NCBI GenBank assembly: GCA_050613775.1
Contig: JBODTK010000159.1
Coordinates: 248,001 to 312,000, forward strand
DNA length: 64,000 nucleotides
Source of the DNA: Neocallimastix sp. 'constans'
Taxonomy: Eukaryota
Reading direction: 5' to 3'
Positions 12,751-26,500 of this stretch are shown here, piece by piece. A program made the translations under genes and the position numbers. The notes under the pieces are model-generated. The model ran no database searches and was not told the DNA's origin. It saw only the letters and a list, made by a program, of their open reading frames with translations. Positions within the stretch are counted from its first letter, which is position 1. Every line of letters starts with the position of its first letter.

Positions 12751-14214
12751 TTTTTTTTAACTTTAATAAATAAATATATAAAATTAATAAATCTTCCACC
12801 TACAATTTATATAAATAATATTAATAATAATAAACTCTAATAAGAATTGTTATAAAGAAAGTTTAACTTTTAATTCATTGATTGATTATCTTTTAATAAA
12901 TATATATATCAAATAATTTGATGAGAGGCATATAAGAAAAAAAAAATTAAGATTCTATTTAATCTCAAAAATAAAATTTCTATTTAAAATATTATAATAT
13001 TGAAAAGTTTACATCTACTTGTAACTTTTTTTTTTTAATTAGAAAAAAAAAAAGAGATTATTTAATTGTCAATATTTTATTTCAATTTAAAGCTTTTCAA
13101 TCTTTTAATTTCATTTTATTCAATTTGAATTTTAATTTTACATTTTACTTTTGATTCCATCCTTATTTCTTATTTATATTTCAACTTTTTTGTTATTATT
13201 ATGCTTATTTTATTCAATCTGTACTTTTCTATTTTATGCATTAACTATTAACGAATTTCATTTTATTTTATTCAATCTGTACTTTTCTTTTTCATTTGTA
13301 TTGTCAATTTTTTTTTATTTTAATTTAGATTGAATAGCTTTAATATAAATTCAATTCAATTCATTTAAATGTGCCACTTATTTCTATAATATATAAACAA
13401 TATAATAATAATATAATAATAATATAATAAAAATTAATTATAATTAAATAACATTTCTATAAAATTAATTTTATATGGCATTACTAAAATAGGAAAAAGA
13501 TAAAAAAGGAAAAAATTAAAAATTTTAAAAAAGGAAAAAAAAAATAAAAAACCACATTTTTTAATATTAAATTAAAATTAATAAATAAATAAATTAAAAT
13601 TAATAATAAATAAATAATAAATAATTAAATAATAAATAATTTAAAATAAATAGTAAATACTAAATAATAAATAATAAATAAATAATTAAATAATTAAATA
13701 ATAGATAATAAATAATAAAAAAAGCATTCATTAAATAATAAATAATAAATAAATAAATAATAAATAAATAATTAATTAATTAATTAAATAATAAATAAAT
13801 AAATAATTGTATAATAAATAAATAAATAAATTTTTATATTTTTCTTTTATCTTTTTATAGTAATTAAAATTCTATTGTTTTTTTTTTTATTTACAATTTT
13901 TAATATCTGTTATGAGAAATTGAACGGTAATGTTTTATATATGATTATATATAAATTGAATTCTATTCTATTCAATTAAAATATATATTTTAATATATTT
14001 AATATATCATAATAAAGAATTTTAAATTTCATATATCAGAAAAAAAAAAAAAAAAAAAAGAAATAAGATTTGATTCAGTTGTATATAAAAAATATAAAAA
14101 ATATAAAAAAATAAAAGAATTATAATAATTATAAGAATATCTAAAACTGATAAACTTATTTTGGTTTAAAATGGATGAATAAAATAAAATCATTCTAATT
14201 TATTTAATTATTCA

Positions 14215-14615
14215 ATTATTTATTATTCAATTATTTATTATTTATTAATAAATACTCTTTTTATTATTTATTATTTATTATTTATTATTTATTATTTAAT
14301 TATTATTTAATGAATACTTTTTTTATTATTTATTATTTATTATTTATTATTTATTTATTTATTATTTATTTATTTATTATTCCATTATTTATTATTTATT
14401 ATTTATTATTTATTATTTATTATTTATTATTTATTATTTAATTATTATTTAATGAATACTTTTTTTATTATTTATTATTTATTATTTATTATTTATTATT
14501 TATTATTTATTATTTATTATTTATTATTTATTATTTATTATTTATTATTTATTATTTATTATTTATTATTTATTATTTATTATTTATTATTTATTATTTA
14601 TTATTTATTATTTAT
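14215..14615. repeat. (TTATTTA)n heptamer microsatellite
   Basis: Direct reading of the sequence. Confidence 0.9.
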
Positions 14616-14949
14616 TTTTTTTTTAATTTACATTTAAAAAAAAAAAGTTTACTATTCATTCATATAATAAATGTATATTTCATTTTATTAAATATATAAA
14701 TAATTCAATTGAATAGAATGTATATATTAAAAATAAAAAATAATATATTAATATATTTTGTGACACATAATTCGTTTTAATTTAAATAAAATTATTTACT
14801 AATAATTATATTAAACAATTTATTAATGAATCTAATAATAAATGAATTTACTTTTTTCATTGGTTGACTATATAAAAATTAGTTTTGATAATTAATTATT
14901 AATATAAATATAAATAAGTATATTTATTAAATATTATGAATATTGAATC

Positions 14950-15375
<426 letters not shown>

Positions 15376-15580
15376 TTTTTTTTTTTTTTGAGACTTGGGA
15401 TTAATGAGAAGGGAGGACAATAGAGCCTCCAACCTCTCCCTTAAACATATCAGGCTTTTATTGAATTCTTTGCTACGCCGTTTCGACATTGACGCGTTCT
15501 ACTTTTCAGTAATCTCATGAACCATCACCAAGGGAGGAACAACTACACTAATCTTCTTACAGATCAAGTGCTATCTGTAT
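15376..15580 (-). mobile_element. SINE-like element, copy 2 (5'-truncated, internal deletion)
   Basis: Reverse complement reads agcacttgatctgtaagaagattagtgtagttgttcctccc...gtttaagggagaggttggaggctctattgtcctcc...ttaatcccaagtctc(A)n, matching 12490-12745. Confidence 0.8.
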
Positions 15581-17574
15581 TAATATTTATTATTTATTAT
15601 TTATTATTTAATTATTTAATTATTAAGATTATTATTGTATTAGTATTATTGTATTAGTATTATTGTATTATTATTATTATTATTATTATTATTGTATTAT
15701 TTATTATTATTATTATTTATTATTGTATTATTTATTAATTATTACTCAATTTTATTCTTTTGAAAAAGTTTCTCATTTTCATCTTTAAAAGTTTATTTTT
15801 ATTTTATTAATAATTATTTTAATATATTTAAATTATGATATATATTAATTTATTATTATATGTTTACATATATTACAATATATTATATTTTAATAAATTT
15901 CTTTTATAATAATTAAAGTTAAATACAAAATAAAAAAGTTTTGCTCATATTTAACTTTTTTTTTTTTTTATTTTTTTATTTTTATTTTTTTTGTTCCATA
16001 CTATAAAAAAAAAAATAAAAGAAAATAAAATATCTACATTTTATTTTTTTTTATTGTTATTGATAGAAAGAGTAAACTTGAAAATAAATATGTTTTATTA
16101 TATAATTTGAAAAATATAATAAATTGAAGATATATTATTTTTATCAAACTTAATATTTAATTTATTTTAGTTTAATTTCTTAGAGAAAAAATAGTAAAAA
16201 AAAAAAAAAAAACATAGAAAGTAAAATTCATATATAAAATATAAAAGAAATATACTTTGAAAGAAAAATCTTTAAAAAATATTAGAATAAAATTTTTTCT
16301 TCAACTTTTTATCATTTGCAAAGAAAGTTGAAGAAAAATATTAAAAACAAATCATTTTATTATTGATATTCAAAATTAATAAATATCAATAACATTCATA
16401 TATAATTGGAATTAGTTATTGCAATAGATTTTTTTTTTTTTTTTTTTTTTTTGTAGTATAGATAAATTCAAAAGCAATTTAAATAAACTAAGGAATCAAT
16501 ATGATTTACTAATACAACTAGAACAACATCAAATAATAAAAAGGAAAATTAAATATAATATCATTAAAATTAGTTTTAAATTTCAATTCTTTACTTTAAT
16601 AAAAAATAAACTGAACTGTTTTTAAAAAGTAAAGGTAATTTCTTTAATAATGTTATTATAATTATATTATTTTTATTTTGTCTAATATATTTGAATTATT
16701 TAAATAAAATATTAAATATTTTCTTTATTTTAATGATTTTTATATTCATTTATTAACAATTAAATGCATGCAAATGAACCTACGCATGTAATAAATACAG
16801 AATATTTATTTATTTATTTTTTTACAAATAAACTTTAAATTATTTTGAAGAATAGAACACAAAGGGAATAAAAATATTTTTATACTATTTTTTTTTTTTA
16901 TATATTTAAAAGTATATTATTTACACAGTTTTTAACCAAAAACAAAGATAAAATAAAAAAGATAAATATATAGAAAATTATAAATCAATAAAGATACAAT
17001 AAAATTTTCATTTTTTTAAAAGAATTTTTTTTATATTATTATTATTTATTATTTTTTATAGCTTTATTTGAGTATTGAAAACAGCAATAACAGTAACAAC
17101 AATAATAATTTTTAAAATTTTTATTAATAATTTTTATTTATAATTAACTCGAATAATAATTAATATACCCTAATTTATTTCAAAATATACATCAATTATT
17201 TATTACTTAACGTTTAAACGAATTTATATTCAAATTTGAATATTTGCAATATACATATATAATAAATAAAAATAATAATAATAAAAAAAAAAAAAAAGAA
17301 ATAAAAAAAAATAAATTTTATTTTCATTGGTAATTAAAAAACGTTAAATTAATTATAAAATTATATATATTATAATATTAATTAGTAATATTTAGTATAT
17401 CTAACTTTAACTATTTTATTTTATATTTAAACTAATAAAAAATTAAATATAATTATTTTAAATTGTTTTTCACAAAAGTATTGATAGAATAAACTTTGAT
17501 AGATTTATTTTAACAGTAAAAATTAAAAATAAATAAATAAAAAAAAAAAAAAATATATATATATATATCATAAA

Positions 17575-20500
17575 ATGGGCAATAAAGAAACTCAAACAAA
17601 TATTAATAATTTTAAATGGCAAATTTGTTATCAAAAGCCATTATTTGATGCTAGCAAAATAAAAAATTTTGCTCTCTGGAATTCTGAATTAAGTTATTTA
17701 AGTGAAGTAAGAAATCCTGTGGATTTATTAATAATACAATATCATGCTTTTTATAGAAGTATTTCAAATAATGATCTTTTTTATGATGGAGCTTCCCTTG
17801 ATTCTTCCCCTGTAGATTCAATTACTTCAAATATTGATAATCATAGTAGTAGACCAATAAGTGCTTTTACAAAAGATAAATTTATAGGTAAAAATGGTAG
17901 TAGTGATGCTCTTCTTAATCGTTTGGATAATTCAAAATATAATCAAAGTAACTTAGAAAGAATGGATAGTTCTAGTATTCCTTTTTCAGGAAATAATAAT
18001 TATGTCAATTCTCCCTCAAATGTAAATAATATTAGTTTGTGTGTTGATACGGAAGAACTTTACGGTTCTGAACGTATAGTTGTTGATATTGATATCGATG
18101 AATTTATGAGATCTTTTTCAGGTGAAATTACTACTTTAACTGTCGGAAAATACATTACTAAAAGAATTAAAAAAGTCATAGAAATGTGTTCCATCAATTG
18201 GGTTTGGGGTTTCTATTTCTCCAATCTTCAAAATCTTATTGATAAATATGGTATGGATGACTGTCAACAATTCCTTTTGTATTTTAGAAAAACTTTCCCA
18301 TATTTTGCAATTTTCACTGATATCACTAAAATGAATGTTTTTGAAGATCTTCGTGATTTAATTCATGGTATTATCATATACAATGTTGTTTTCCATCCAG
18401 ACGGTAGACAAAAATCTAGATGGGAATGGGATAATATGAAATTCCAAGATTATATTGCTGCCTTAAGAAATGAGATCAGTTTAAGAACTGATTTTGTTGT
18501 TCTTGATGTTGAAGTTTTACCATTAGAAAAGAACCAAACTTTCAATCACTATCAAAAACGTCGTTACTATCGTAAATGGGTCGAAGGAAATAGCTTTAAG
18601 GGTTGGATCTCATTCAATTCAAATTTCAATTCCATTAAATGTGTCAGTCCACCAGAATTTTCAAGTGTAAATAGTTTTGATATTTATGAAATGTGCTCTT
18701 CCTCTGACGTTCAAACCTGTCGTCAAATGATTATGAATATTCTTCCTCAACTTAATTGGAAGGATAAACTTTTAAATCGTAATGTTTGGAGTAAGGTCCT
18801 TCGTGAAGCAAATATACCAGTTGAAATTATTAATCGTATTTCTTCAATCTATGATGTCACTCAAATTGAACTCTCCGATGTTCTTCTTATTCAACCTCCA
18901 AAACCAGAATTCCCACCAATTGAGGATGTTATCCATGAATCTGTCTACAATCCCACTTCAAATCAAAAGAGTCTTATGAGTCCTAGGAATAATGGTGGTG
19001 AAGTTGTTTTGAGTAAAAGTAATAATGAAACTGAAAATGCATTCTCTGAGGTTGACGCTGACGCTGATACTGGCATCGGTTATGTGGATCCCTCTATTCT
19101 GTGGAAACAACCAAATCAAACGCATAGGGTTTTCAGTACTACTGCTATCGGTAAAACTTATGGTAATGAACGTCGTAAACAAGTAGAAATTAAACTCATC
19201 GATATCATGATTAATCTTTTAGAAAAAAATTTATTAAAATCAATCAACCCATCTATACCTTCTTCCAGTACTCAAGATATTTCCAAGTCACTCGTAAATC
19301 AAAACAACGATATTTCACTTTCCTATGATGAATTCGAATTTCAACCAGAAATGGAAGAAATTATTCAATTCATTGATGATATCACAAATCAGCCTTCCCC
19401 ACTCGTTATTCGTATCCTAAATGAAGTCTTTGGTGGTTACGACATCTCTTTAACTTATTTTAAGGAATTACGTGATCATCTTATGAGTAATCAAGTTTCA
19501 ATTTACATCGGTACTAATTCTTCCTTTATTTTAAAGGAAAGTCCAGAGGAATTACCATATAAAAAAGTTTGGGCTATCATGGGCCTTGATGATAATGATA
19601 AACTCTATATTTTTGTCCCAGAAAATGTACCAAATATTGTTGAGTTAGTCATCAATTGTTACTTTAGAAGATACTTTTATCACGATTCTGGTAAGTGTTT
19701 ACTTTTAGAAAGTTTAGTTGTTGCTCAATCTCAACCAGATTGCTTACCTATTTCTCGTCGTGTTCGCTATGAAATTGAAAATAGTACCTATTCTGAATTA
19801 TTCTACTTTATTCGTAATACCTATTTAATTCAAAGCTCACTTGAAAGTAAAATTCAAAATCCGGTAGAAAAGGAGTTACTTGTTGCGTACGCTAGTTACG
19901 TCAGTGACTATGCTCACTATCTTTTAGTAGAAAAGTTTGATTACTTCAGTAAGATCAAGGAACAAGTTAAAAAGGGTTATATTCCTGTTCACGAATCAGA
20001 AAAGGAAATGTACGAATGGGTTGCCTATTGTACCTTGGATCCCCAGGGAGATAAATTAATTAAGGAATTCAATCGAAAGATTGAAACCTCCATGAGAGAA
20101 AATAACTATCGTACCGATTCTTCAGAAGCTCTTGCTCTTTCCTATCTTTTTATGTTGTTTTGGAAGGCTTGTCGTCGTGTAGCATGGATTGAAATGGAAT
20201 CTTCCTTAATCAACATGAATCCAAGTTTCATTCCTGACTATGATCAAGTTGCGGTAGGTATGGAAATGATTACCACACAATCCAACTTAAATATGATGTT
20301 TGATTTGAATAGTCATCAATTAGCAAAATACATGCATCCAGTTCTTCGTAATAATGTTAAAGAAAGTCGTGAAATTAAGGAAAATATAATTTCCGAAAAT
20401 ATGGATAAAGGTACCGATACTAAAAAAGCCAGACAATTGGCGAATGCTTTCCTTTTCGTATATCCGGTTATCATTGATTTAATCCTTGTTCGTTGTTTAG

Positions 20501-23500
20501 GTTCCGGTATTTTCATTAATGCTTATATGGATAATACTGCTAAGGATGTCTTAAATTTCGTTTTTATGTTCATATTTCCTGTCTGTGGTGGTCTGATGAA
20601 CTCCATCGCTAGAACTTGTACTTTCTACTATTTCTACAAGTCATTCTCTTTAATGATTGCTGCCTTCCTAAGAAGATACTCAGCTAGTTTAATCGTTTTA
20701 TCAATTACCAGTGTTCTCATTGGTATTGGTTCTCTCTTCCGAACCGGTTATGATGTCGTCTACATGGTTCTCTTTATCATCTATACTTTCTTTTTCGGTC
20801 ATTACTTGGTTCTATTCGCGATCCTCGGTTCCATCAAGGATATCAACATTTGGCTTTTCAAGAATAAGGGTCCTAGTATTGCGCTCTTAGGTTCTGCCAT
20901 CCTTCTCATTCCTAACTTATTTTGCTACTTTATGTTCAAGGATAAGGCTATCGTCGATTCTCACTACTACTCCAAAATTATTCTTGGTATCTATGATTTT
21001 GGTTTCATGGTGGCCAACTTGGTAATGCTTCTCGGCTATCGTCGCCTCTCACGTAACTACTTAAAATTTGCTAGTAAGATTAAAATTCCTACCAAGGATG
21101 AAATTTTAGATTTCTATGCCATAGACAACCCAAAGCCAGAAGTTTTTGCTGAAGAATCCCCTAAAAACTATTTAAAGCGTGTTGCACTCTGGGAACGTTC
21201 TGCTCGTATCTACTATATGAGTAAGGTCAATAAGGCCCGTAAGAATGTGGCTAAAAAGGGTCTTAAATCGGGTCATTCCATCATCCAGGAAAGAATTAGG
21301 CAGCAACGTTGGGAAAATGAATTAATGGGTTGGTATGTTCAAAGATCTGGTAAGCCTGCTCCATTAAAGTTCAGTAATGAATGGGATACTATGTTAAAGT
21401 GTGCTCTCGAAGAGTTGAAAAAGAAGAATCAAGTTGAGAAGATTAATCGTGGTGATTTATTATTCGATTTTGAACGTGTCGTCATCTACTTTGGTGTCTT
21501 CTACTTCATCTACATTTTCATTGATAAATGGTCTCTTTTCATTCTCGAAGGTAAGCCTTACCTCTTCTTACCTGAAAATTTAAAGAGTCGAACCGATATT
21601 CCATTTAAGGAATACCTTAATGGTTCTCTCTACGCTACGCTCTTCATGTTAATTTGTTCAGGTTTCTTGGAATTGACACTTTCCCATGTCCTGATGAGCA
21701 AGAATAAGGAAAAGAATAGTCGTTTGGGATGGTTCACTGCTAAGGAAATAATCAACCAATATAAAGCCGATAATATCTATACTTACAAGAGTGAATTAAT
21801 TAAATTCCTTTTAGTTATTGTCGTCATGCTTATCGCCATGTCAGGTATCATCTTCTTGATTCACGGCTATCAACGTAGCGTTTTTGAAACATTTGGTATC
21901 GTTGCTTTTGGATTCGTGGGATTCCTTATCGGTCTCTACCATAAGCTTTTCTTCTATTCTCGTGAATGTGAAGTTCGTTTGAATAAATTCTTGATCGCTA
22001 TTATCGTTATTTGTGTGGGCGTTTCCGCTATTTTAAAGTTTTACGTCGGAACGGTCTTCTATTCCTTCTATTCTACTTGTATTGGTGGTTGGCTCTTCTG
22101 TATTGTGACCGTCCTTATTTACTATGGTGGTTTCAACTCCGATGTTCACTACTCCGTCAATCTTTCACCGCACTTGGCCTCTTCCGGTCAACGCTTTATC
22201 GGTCAAAAGAATGATTTATTAGCTCGTGAAAATTTGGAAATCTATTTAAGAAAAGTATTTTACAACAAGAATTTTATTACGCCCTCCGAAATTTTGTTGA
22301 AGAGTGTCTATGCTAAAATATTAGATGCTAAGGATAGATTCAGGGTTCTTTCCTCCCGTAATATCTTAAAAATTTGTTTCCCAGATGCCGATGATTTACT
22401 TCAAGATATCTATGAATGTTTCTATAATGGTGGTATCAAGGTTAAGATTGCTCCCGAAGAAATCTTCAATATTCGTGGTCGCCGTTACTGTGCAATCTCT
22501 TCTAAAAATAAAACAAAGGACATTCTTGATATCTATACCTTCCTTCCTCAAATTGCCTCCTCTGACTACACTATGTCGGATCAAATTGACCCTAAAATTA
22601 TTGAATGGGTGGCTGCTGCCGTAATTCATGAATATGCGGAACAAAATGCTGGATATTCTCATGCCGAAGCCGCAATTCTTGAACTTTTAGTGAAGGATGG
22701 TGAAAACCTGAGTGAATTGCCTATCCGTTACCTCTACCAAATTTGTGTCTCGGATAAGCGTGAATTGAAAAAATTAATCTATGGTTATGTCGAATTGGAA
22801 AAGAAAAAGACCCTTCTTGACATTGATATCGACTGTGAATGGGAAAAGCTGCAAAGAAACACAAAGCTATTCCTCATTCAACTCAATACGATTTGGTATA
22901 AATACATTAATCGTATTTCTAAAAAGTACAACATTGAAAGTATCAGTATCAACGGTAAGATTCCAAGTGATTTAACGAAACTTCTCAATAAGAAGCATAA
23001 TAGTTCCATGAAAATTAATCAAATCATTGCCTTTTCTGTTCTTTCGATTTACGTCGCCAGAAGGGTCAGTGACCTCTGTTTAAATGAACAGTTACCAAAG
23101 GAAATCATGTTATCGCGTAAGCGTTCCTTAAAGAAGCAAACCTCCTCTAAGGAATTCCTTAGCTTTAACCGTCGCTACAGTATCTCTCGTTCCATTAGTC
23201 GTAAGCTCTCCATGAAAGAAAAAAAGAATAAAGGAAGTGAATCCTCCGTCAATCAAATCAACGCCATTTCCAATTCTCGTAATAAGTTTATTGAAGGTTT
23301 AGAAGAGCTAGAATTTATTATCTATTTAGCCTTTACCGGTGATACCCGTTTCGGTCGTGAATTCAGTACAACCAATCATTTCTATTTAACCCGTCTTATC
23401 CTCTCCATGATTTTTAAGATCTCGAGTAAGATTCGTTGGATACTCACCAAGAAATTCTACCTCTCCGAAAAGAATATCAAGAATTTATTGGTTCGAATGA

Positions 23501-26500
23501 AGAAAGGTAGTTTCCGTGATCTCTACTACAACAAAGAAAAGCAAATTGAACGTATTGATTCATATAATACTTCCTTAAGTAATGTTGTAAGTATAGTGGA
23601 AGGTAATCGTGAAGGTTATCTTCTCGCAAAGCGTTACTTCCAAAATAAGGCCACGGCTGACTGGAAGCCTACCGCTAAGGATAAGCCATTTAGTATTGGT
23701 TTCTTTAACCGTAAAACCAGACAGTTGATTAAGGAACATGAATTAGGTGAAGGTAATAAGGTCAAATCCACGACCTACTACGAATATACAAATGAACGAC
23801 AAATGTTCCCAAGAAAGATTTATAAGCTTCGTGGTGAAATTAGTAGTGCCAACTACCGGGATTTCGTTCAAATTGCGAATTCGCCTGAACTGTACGAAGA
23901 ACAATACCTTACCAGTAATGAATTATCCCTCATTACAATGTCCGTTCTTCATGTCCTTAACAGCTCGAATGAGCCTATCGATATTCAAGTCACCTATACC
24001 TATGATCATGAGAATACTACCCTTTCCTACGCGCAACACTCCTTTACGACCTACAAGTGTATGAGCGAAATGTGGGTCATGGTTGTCTACTATGCTGAAA
24101 AATGGAGAAATGATGACTTTGATAAGGCCATTCCACCAAAGTTGAAGGAAGTTCACTTCTGTCGTTTATTTGAACCACAAAATGAATACGTCACGGAATA
24201 TGATTATTCTCATCCTCAACACGTCAAGAGTAAGACGGTTCTTCTCTCCAAGGATAATAAATTTAATCCAATTTCTGTACCGACACCCAAGGAAATTGCG
24301 GATGATCCTTATGCCCTTTTAAGTCGTCGGCCACCACCTTCCTTCTATTGTACCAATGAACTTTTAACCTACCGTCTTAAGGAATCTAAATCCTTCCGTC
24401 TCTTCTCAAAGACTGGAAAGACCTCCTACTTTGCTGAACCATTCAGTACTGCACGTAGTCGTCAAGAACTTTGGAGTTTCTGGAGAGCTGGAAATATTGC
24501 TGGTGTATTTGCTCGTGATATAGATGAAGCTATTCTTCGTAAGGAGAAGACCCTCAAATCTTATTGGAAACATCGTGATATGGGTTACCGTAATAAGGCC
24601 CGTGAAGATCTTCAAAAGGAAAAGGAAGCTCTCGATATAATTTTAGTGGTTAATGATATTCCAACAATTCGTTCCAACCTTCACCTTCGTTTCAGTGATT
24701 TAGCTATTTTAGCTACTGGTGGTGATGCTACTGAAATTTCTTCCTCTAAAGATTTAGTCGTTCAAAAAGCTAGATCAGATGCGGATAATCATAGTATTTC
24801 CTACTTTTCTACCATTTCTCATTCCAGATCAAAAATTAATAGACCAAATGTTTCCATTCTTTCCATTAATCCTAATCGTCCACATACCATACATATAAAT
24901 GATGATAACAGTAACAGTAACAGTAACAGTAGTAGTAATGATGATATTTTGGATGTGGTTAATTTGGATAGTGGTACCTGGCCAACTGGTGGTGGTGGTG
25001 TCGGTAGTTGTCGTAGAGATTTAATTGATTATTTAGATCGTATTCGTTGGACGGCTATTGTTGAAATTGGTGGTGCCGAATTAGTTCAAAGAGATTATCA
25101 AATTGAAAGAAATATTACGTCTATTCGTTATCTTCCACTTTGGGATAATGATTTCTCTTCTCCTAATGAAAATGTTTATCGTGATCATGACTATCTTTCC
25201 CTTCGTCGAAAAACTCAAGCTACCAAGGATAGTGTGATTCAATCCATTTTCCTTCCAATGGTTAAACTTCTTATTCAAGGTATGGTGGAAACCAAATTTA
25301 CAGAAGATAATTTAGATCGTTATGAAAAACTTTTCATTGATTTCTATCTCTACTTCCAAAAGTGTGATTGGTCGATCTCTTGGAATCATAAGAAGACTCA
25401 AATTTGTTGGTTGAAGACTTGGTTAGAATATTGTGAAAAGGAATTAGGTAAGGGTAATTCTCTTAGTGTTGAAATGCCTACCATTTCGGATATTGATATG
25501 CTCTTCTCCCTCACAACTCGTTTATTGTTACCGATCACGGCAGAAATTCCAAATATCTCGGTATTCCATGCCTCTCACCATGGGGTTCAAGCTATTATTG
25601 GTGTCGTAGCGAAAGCCTTGTACAAATCCCGATTAATTATTTGGGATCATGGTATTTTATGGCGTGAACGTCTTTTTGGCTTATGTTACAGTGATACCAT
25701 GCCACGTTTCATTCAAAATGGTTTCGTGGGGTTAACTCGTTTAATTTCATGGTTAGTCTTTAGTAAGGCTGACTATATCACTCCATGTACCAGTATTCAA
25801 AATGTAACTTGGGAAGAATGGCTTGGTGGTAAGAAGTACAATAATCAGAGAAAGATGATCGAAACGCGTGAAAAGATTTATCCTATCGTCAATGGTATGA
25901 ACGTAGCCAAGTTTAATCCACAACCTGAACGTGAAAATCCAACCCCATTAGCTATTATGCTTTCGCATATTAGTTCGGTGAAAGATATTCATAATGCCAT
26001 CTATGCTGCAAATATCATTGTCAATCAAATGAATATTCGTAGTTATAAGCTTCATATCTATGGTTCCCTTCAAAAGGATCCAAATTACACTTCCGAAACC
26101 TTAAACTTAATTTCTTCTCTTAATTTAACGGAGCACGTCATTCTCAAAGGTTTAGGTAATCCTTCCAATGTTCTTCCAACCGGTTGGGTCTTTGTGAACT
26201 CCTCCATTACAGAAGGTTTACCATTAGCTATTGGTGAAGCAGGTCTTTGTGGGTTACCGGTCGTTTGTACCGATGTTGGTGGTTCCCGTGAAGTCGTATC
26301 CGATCTTAAGAATAATATTGTCTATGGTTGTATTGTTCCACCACAAAAACCAAATCAATTAGCTCATGCTCAATTGCGTGTTCTCTGTATGACGGATGGA
26401 TTAAAACAAGTTGTAAATAAAAAATCAAAGGATACACTTACCATCGAAGAATTAATAAAGAAGGGTGCCTCTGCTGTTGAAGCTCGTATGAATGATCCTT

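Noticed and set aside
15470..15515. Hammerhead-like ctgaaaag...gaaac in SINE-like copy 2 (minus strand); similar text at ~5273-5313
   Set aside because: The core deviates from CUGANGA, no convincing stems are present, and it is not preserved in the other copies.
18782..25278. Small overlapping ORFs inside the giant gene (also 58870 and 58881 inside the receptor)
   Set aside because: Alternative-frame or antisense shadows of real coding sequence.
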